The notes under the pieces were generated by a model. That model saw only the letters and a list, made by a program, of their open reading frames with translations. It made no database searches and had not been told where the DNA came from. Position numbers and translations under genes: made by a program. A DNA stretch of 64,000 nucleotides from Nymphaea colorata (lineage: Eukaryota): positions 3,534,001 to 3,598,000 of the forward strand of contig NC_045138.2 in NCBI RefSeq assembly GCF_008831285.2, in the 5' to 3' direction. This document shows, one piece after another, positions 57,178-64,000 of this stretch (the stretch's first letter is position 1; each line of letters opens with the position of its first letter).

Positions 57178-59368
57178 CTGTATGATTTTGGGCACCGAAA
57201 ACATTTTTTCGTTTTGCTCCACGATGGGCCTCAATGGCAGGGCTCTTCTGATGTGATCGTTTCCCTTGACAAACTGCTTATAGTAAAAATGAGGTATATG
57301 TGAAAATTGGTCCAGGTTTTGTGATTCCTGATGTGCACGCTGGTTTCAAGTTTCTGTAAAGGGAGAGGCTTTTGAGTCTTCAAAGTGTATGAAGGATAGA
57401 TGTATATCTTCCAAGGACAGGATCGTTACTGTACTCATTTCTACTAGCTGAGTAAACGCCCCTCGCGCCTCCCCGCCTCCCCCCACCCGACGGAGGACGG
57501 GGGAAGAGGGAAACTTGCTGCTTTTAGTTGGCATCACTTGAATGCTTTTTTGTGGCTTCTCTTTCTATCTGTTGTAGAAAGCAAATAGTTCCTGATTTCT
57601 GCTATAGACAGTACTGGCAATTCCATGTGATTTATTGTTATTATTTTTAAGCGAACAAGCTTACTGCATTATTCACGTTTTTGTCAAAAAATTGTGAGGA
57701 GGCGTGATTATGTCACCAAGGGCGTTCATCTTTTATTTGCTCATTTGCTAATGCCTTCTTTTTGACCTAGTCCGCTCTTTTCTTGTTCCCATTTAGTCTT
57801 GTCTACTAAGGTTCCTTTTTGAGGCAAAGGTGCTGGAGCGACAAGAAGCACTAGCGCAGAAATCCCAATCATTAAAACCTAACCTCTTGGCTCGCGGTGG
57901 CATCTCCAAATTCATCCCCATAGGCAGAGCCTTCTGCTGATACGACCACGGTAAATAACCAACCAATCCTAGAGTTTCGTCGTCTCCTCAGGCCTTGTCA
58001 CTCCAGGTTGCAGATTGTTAACCTGTAACTTCTGTGTAGCAACTCTTTCTACACTGGAGGAAACTCATTTTGTACCTTGTCATTTGGATGGGCTTATTAC
58101 CATGTTTTCTTTTCTATTCTTTTTTATTTATTTATTTATTGTATTTGAAAGAGGAAGCAGGCGACTGGTGTGCTCATCAAATAATGGGTATGTTCCAAGT
58201 TACGCAAAACAAAGCACTGACACATTATGCACTATCAAAAGCTCTCCGCAAAAGGGGTTTATTCCCAAGTAGTTTTGTTATGTACTGCTTCCTCTCCCTG
58301 CGACGGTTGTGATGCTGCTTTGTTGATTCTAATGACTATAAGCAATTGGACACTCATGGACCACTTCAGTCTTGAGTTCTGGAACCACCTGCACTTACGA
58401 GTACCACAGCAACACCTCTCTATTTGCCACATGAAGTCCATGAATCATGTGCTTCAAAATCTTTGGTGCCATGATCTTGATTCCCATTTGCCAATCTGAA
58501 ATTAATTACCATTAATTAGAATATAATTAAAATAAGAGAGGAAGGAAAGGGTAAGGGTTGAATGATTGTGAGAAAAATTACCCGATCAGAGATGGCAGTC
58601 AGGGTGCCTTTATTGGGGCTGGAAAGTGATCGAGATGCTCTTAACAAGAGGGGTGCATTCAGTTGTAAGAGCATTCCTTCCTTTGCACTCAATTTATTGC
58701 ATCTAGAAACAGAGGGTCCATATAGTAAACAAAGATAAGATTTCACCATGTATAAAATTAAGATTTTGAGGATTTGAAATCCTGTGTGTGGCCAAAACTT
58801 CAGATCTGATGTCGGATTTTGTTGATCTCCCTCTCGGTTCTCCATTCCACTTCTTGGAATGCCACAGAATCTTCTGCATTATAACTTTTTTGCGTACGAT
58901 TTCTCTTCGTTTTTGCCGCAACAAAAGAAAAGGAGAGTCGCGAGACCGTTTTCAGCAGGCGTTTCAGACATGCCTTAGTGGAAATATTACTGGATCATGA
59001 ATTTGAGATGGACCAAATTGAGGAACGAGTATCATTCATAAGGGATCGTGTAGAATATTGAGGATAGAGAAGATGGGAAATTTTTGAACCAAGTAGCCTA
59101 CCAAGATTTTTTTTTTTTTTAAAAAAAAAAAGAATAGAAAAGATAACAGAAGAGTTCTTATCAAAAAGTGGGGGCCTCAATTTTTTCCTTTTCCTTGCAA
59201 ACTCATACAATATATATTTTGCCAGTTCTACCATCAGAACCGCAATTTTAACTCAAATTACATTTTCCCGTGGGGACAAGCAACACCAATCGTATAAAGT
59301 ATAAATGATGCTCGTTCCTTATAAGCACAGTTACGTAATGTTTCTGCTACTTTTTTAGGTTCTTGCTC

Positions 59369-61505
59369 CTATTTATCGTCCTCCGTGAACAAATCCAGCA
59401 ATGCGATCGCCTACAGAATGAACAAAACAGGAGCAACAGAAGATAATTAAGGGAACGAATGGACAGCAAGAAAACATGAAAGGCATCAATTGGGTGAACA
59501 AACAAAAATGAGGCAAACGTATAGTGGGAAGGTGATACCACCTCTGGAACTGAGAGCTGCAGACGGAATTTCGGGCCATCGTAGTGGTAGAGTATAGGCC
59601 TGAAGGCGTCCTCCTCAAGCGGCTTGCAACGCTTCTTGATGCGAATCCTCACCTGATGATTCAAGTAATGAACCGGAAGGTTACAGAAACATGCAGTCAT
59701 GGTTGTGAAAAATACCCTGATTGTCTGTCATTTGACAACCGGAACAAAACTTATGCGTGCTTATTAGGCTTCCGAACTTACTTGGGCAGGAAACCTGGAT
59801 TCTCCCTTGCACTTCTTGTCCTCCCAAGCCGTTGGATCGATGTTCGAACCTCCAAAACTCGCAGCCTGGAATTTCAGTATATTCTTAGTTTCATTACGCA
59901 TAGAACAAGCTAGCAGTTTTGCATCAGTTCAGCTGTATAGACCACAATAATTCCTTTTGGCTTTTCGCAAACCAAGCCTCATCGTGATGCAAACGTCGTT
60001 TACGGGTTGGAGATGGGGTTGGAATAGATAATGGAGCAAAAGTAAAAAATGATACAAAAGTCTACTAGCAGATCTACCCATCTGCAACCCTTCTACCTTT
60101 GCGCCTCAAATATGGAAAACTGAACATTTTATGAAAACACGCTCAACTTTGTGCCAGTATAGCGGTTAAATGAAACAAATCTAAGAAAAGTTAATGTCAG
60201 ACAAGATAAGCAAGCAACATTTGGTGACAACCCACGTCCTCATTGTTGATGAACGAATATACCTCATAGATCCCATGTAATTGATGGGATGTATAGTTGT
60301 AGAGGAAAAGAGGTAGCCCAGGTGTGATCGCCCTCACGGAATCTCTGTACCTCTGAGGCAGACCTGCAGCAAGTAGCTCAAGAGTCACCATTACTTGCTC
60401 AAGCTGCCGTTATTCATATAACCAGTTTTTCATTATACGCGAGCTATTTAACAGTATCTATGCAGTTTGCTAAGAGCTGCATCACAACACTAATAGTAAA
60501 AACTGCAGCAGCATTATCTGAAGTACCCATAAAGATTTTTTCACTTGGATTTTGCTATAAGACGTCAACTCAGCCCCTTCCCCCGTCTGAAAGAATGGAA
60601 TATTACAGAACATTCTACAAATCAAATTTTAAGGCCTTTTACTAAATTTCCACTGTTAAGGATGTGATCCACATGGTCCAAAAGCCACCTTAAAATCACT
60701 TCCTGAAACAAGTCATCTTTTGATTTTTGTTTTCACATGGTAAAGTTCAAAAATTTTGCAGGTCGGCAAATCTGGTTCAGACATCCAAAAAACTAATTCA
60801 ACCATGAAGTTCTAAAGTTGCCAATAATGTAGATCACATCCGCAAAGTCGGAGAATTTGCAAGAAAAGATTAGGTTTGAGTTTAGAAAAAAAAAAAAAAT
60901 TGCACGAATTCAACTATGCAATCACATTGCACCCAATCCTTGATCCCTATATTTATTTGATGGACCGGGCAGCAGCTGCTTGATGCTGAGAGAGAAAAAA
61001 AAAAACACCTACTGTGCATGTGGCACACCCCACAAACCGAAAAACTAAAACCAAAATGGTAATTACCGAAGAGTTGCCTCCTGAGGTCTTCCTGCATGGT
61101 GTCATTGTTGCAGACAAAGATATATCCACCGAGAATTTCGTTTCTTGGGAGCACCTCTGCCGATGGCAACGTTTTAAACCACCTGTCGGTGGCAGGAGAG
61201 CCAGAATTCTCGGGGAGGGCCATTAACGAATTCTTGGTGGAGATATTGCCAAGCCTCCATTCCAAGTTGCCGAATTGCGGCAGTGGGCGGATGACCACCT
61301 TCTCTGGATTCAGTGCCTCTGCGAAGGAAGGCCTCCTTTGAATGTCGACGGCACTCTTTTCCTTCCTCCTCAACTGGTTGTCGAGAGCAAGCTTGGACGC
61401 CGCAATCCGCCAATTCAAGTCATCGATTGTCTCCGCGGAGTTCCTGAACTCCGAGTCAGCTGTCAATGACGAGAATGCAGTTGGCATCTCAACGTCGCCA
61501 GCCAT
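59369..61505 (-). CDS. DCD (development and cell death) domain protein, B2/NRP-like; exons 61505-61067, 60363-60263, 59865-59782, 59652-59542, 59410-59369 (258 aa)
   Basis: Spliced frame is continuous (777 nt): FKTLPSAEVLPRNEILGGYIFVCNNDTMQEDLRRQLFG|LPQRYRDSVRAITPGLPLFLYNY...|AASFGGSNIDPTAWEDKKCKGESRFPAQ|VRIR...HYDGPKFRLQLSVPE|AIALLDLF. Confidence 0.95.
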
Positions 61506-64000
61506 TTTCCGTCCCAGCTAACGAAAGCCAAGGCAGTCACCTCTGTTCAGCGTAACCTGGTTCAGCACCAACACAGGAAATGATCTCCGAGGATGAAGAA
61601 AAAAAAGGAAGAGGAAAAAAGCGACACCAAAACAAACAACAAACAAACCTGGGGACTGATCAGATTTTCTTTGCGAGCAAGCGAGGCGGGGAGCCTAGAG
61701 CATGCCACTGGTGGCGAAGAGGAGAGAGAGTATGTGCTGTGGGTAATGAGGGCCTCTGCTCTCTTAGCTTGATTTCTTATACATTACAGGAGGAGGAGGA
61801 GAGTTTGGAGTCTGAGGAGCGAGCGAGCAAAGGCAAAAAGAAAAAGCAAAAGAGAGGGACAGAGGGGGGCTTCGAAATTTGGGGATTTTTGGCCACTTCT
61901 TCTCCCTGGAAGTAGAGATTTCGTGCATCTACATGTGCAAACGTCATAGTTTTCAAATTTTTTTGATAGTGACAAGAGGGGATGAACAGTTTTGACTCCT
62001 TGAAAGCCATTATGAACTTTTTATTGCAGAAAGAAAATCAAATGGGTCGGGCATTTTACCGAAGAGAAAGGTGGCAGGAGTTGCCTGGGAGGTGGACGGA
62101 CAGAGAAGAAAGAAATTTGAAATTCGAAACTTGAATGAGAGCACGAATGAAATGTCTCCTCTCCTCTGCAAGCAGCTGGGTCCCATGTGTCTGTGATGAC
62201 GAGACTGCTACAGTACCCGAGCCACCGACACGGCCATAAATCGTATTCCTCATCTGGTTCGTCACCTTCCTAAGTTCCCTGAGCGCAACTGGATGCGTCG
62301 CAAGGGCTGAGGCGAGCTGGCGGATATCGGAACAAGGGAGGGCCTCTCTGGCTCTCTTCCTTGCGTTTTTTCAGTCTTTCTAAAAGCCACCCATTAGTGG
62401 CACTAGGTTAACTTTACGTAAATAAAAAAAAAACATCATGCTCAAATTTGCCATTGCTGTGGCCTTGGTATAACGGGTTGATGGCACCATTCGCTTTTCC
62501 CTCTCTGTTCTCTCGAAGCTGGTTATGCGAAAACGCAATCTCATATAGAGTTGTTCTCTGTAACTTTTTGACACAGTGGCCACTCGTAGAAAAACGTGGC
62601 GCGGGGTCAAATTTTGAAGAAATTAAGCATTCAACTTACCTTCAGCCACAATCGTCCTTGCAGAAAACCCCTTTAAAAAGAGCATCCCCGCCTCTCCCTC
62701 TCCCTCTCCCAACCGGGCAGGTAGGTTGGCGCTTTGCGGGCGCGTCCCTTCAATCGATTTTTCGGGTTGAGGGGCCGCTGGAGGCTAAGTGGACCAGCGG
62801 TGTCCCCTCCTCCCTTTCCCCGTTTCGTAAACTTGGTGACAGCCCGATTCTATTTAATGCATTTCCATTTGATCGGTTTTCACTCTCTCAACTTTCAGAG
62901 CATCTGTTCCCACGTTTAATTGAATTACTATCTCGTGGGCGGTTCTCATACTCTGGTAAACCTGCACAGGTATAAAAGGGCTCCAGCAGCTTAGCAAACA
63001 ACCAGTGTTTATGAAGGCGTGGACCAATTTAGTCCCATAAATTCTTTCCATTTTAAAATTAGACAAATTATCACCCACATTAGTTGTTTCGTAAAGAATA
63101 TACAATCATGTAACCCGGTTCAATAGAAAGTATGCAGTCAAACTCTCAGGGACCACGGGTTGTTAATCCAAAAAAAAATAATATGGTTTAGAAAGTTTCC
63201 ATGTTTTCGAGTTTTAAAGCCAAGCTGTAACTTAAAAAGTGGGGAACAAGAAGTTTTATGCCAAAAGGACCACAGCGACCGCATTATGTACACCATAAAA
63301 ATAGTGGCAGGAAATTATGCTCTTAATGAACACTTTTGCGACAATTGATTGTACATACAATTTACTTCGAATCTTGCATTGCAATTTTACAATGTTAGTA
63401 GTTTTAAGAAACTCCAACTGGGTAGAAGCGTTCTGCGCGATTCGAAACCTATATATTAGTCGCGATTTACATCTTTTCACAAAAAATGTCTTTTGAGACG
63501 AGTGTTCGATGCAATTTCACCCACTGGTTTTCTGTTCACCAGAAAACTTGAACATTTTTTACAGACTTAATTTGCGCATCGAACCGATTCACTTGAACCA
63601 TCAAAATTCTCTTCGAATACAACGCCATGGAGAGAGATATGCCGGTCCATGAGGATGTCGGAATGCTTAAGGGAAAAGAACGCAAGTGCACAATCACCCG
63701 AGTGAAATTGGTGAAAAGACAAACTTGCAAACGATTGAAATACATGCTAACTATTTCTTTCTCTGATCATTGCCAATTGCTATATTAAACACAGAACCTG
63801 CTGGCTCCCAAGTTTAATGGGAAAAAAAATAAAACTAAGACCAAATAGGACAAAATGCCACCTCAAAGAAGAAAAGGGAAATTGTGCACCCATCTGCATC
63901 TTGGGGCACAACAAAATCAGAAAGACTTATGGCTTTGAGGACCACATCCATAAGACAGATTCCCCCCTCCCAAGACTGCAGCCATGCATACCTCCACAAA

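Noticed and set aside
57291..58010. Possible 3' UTR intron after the bHLH stop (GAG|GTATAT at 57294)
   Set aside because: Splice-like motifs alone are insufficient, and several acceptors are equally plausible.
62056..64000. ORFs at the right end (e.g. 62448-62975, 175 aa)
   Set aside because: Mostly non-ATG starts, no recognisable domain and no exon chain.
1..64000. tRNA, rRNA, snoRNA, organellar or viral insertions
   Set aside because: None recognised by eye. A covariance-model scan and a BLAST search would be needed to exclude small RNA genes.

Overview
Plant (angiosperm) nuclear DNA, gene-rich and euchromatic in character. The species cannot be determined from the sequence alone. The left 12.5 kb holds two adjacent Ty1/Copia LTR retrotransposons. 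The first is young, with an intact 1419-aa gag-pol ORF (2262-7462). The second is old and decayed, with non-canonical TG...TA LTR ends and a nested 200-bp hAT MITE (8095-12410). Seven host genes follow: intronless 60S RPL12 (-), an LRR-III receptor-like pseudokinase with an apparent 1-bp frameshift (-), an At1g33420/MMD1-family PHD-finger gene (+, 5 exons), VPS9A Rab5-GEF (-, 6 exons), SPF30/SMNDC1 Tudor splicing factor (-, 8 coding exons), an intronless JAM/MTB-type MYC bHLH (+) and a DCD/NRP-domain gene (-, 5 exons). Intergenic and intronic space carries many MITEs, TE remnants and microsatellites. The most notable observations are: a candidate poison exon in SPF30 intron 2; complementary lesions in the two LTRs of the young Copia that reverse transcription would repair; two GC-AG introns in neighbouring genes; a frameshift in the RLK that leaves protein length almost unchanged; and a decayed tandem copy of the PHD finger just after its stop codon. 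I found no convincing evidence of an entirely new multi-gene system. All exon coordinates were read by eye from splice signals and reading-frame continuity.
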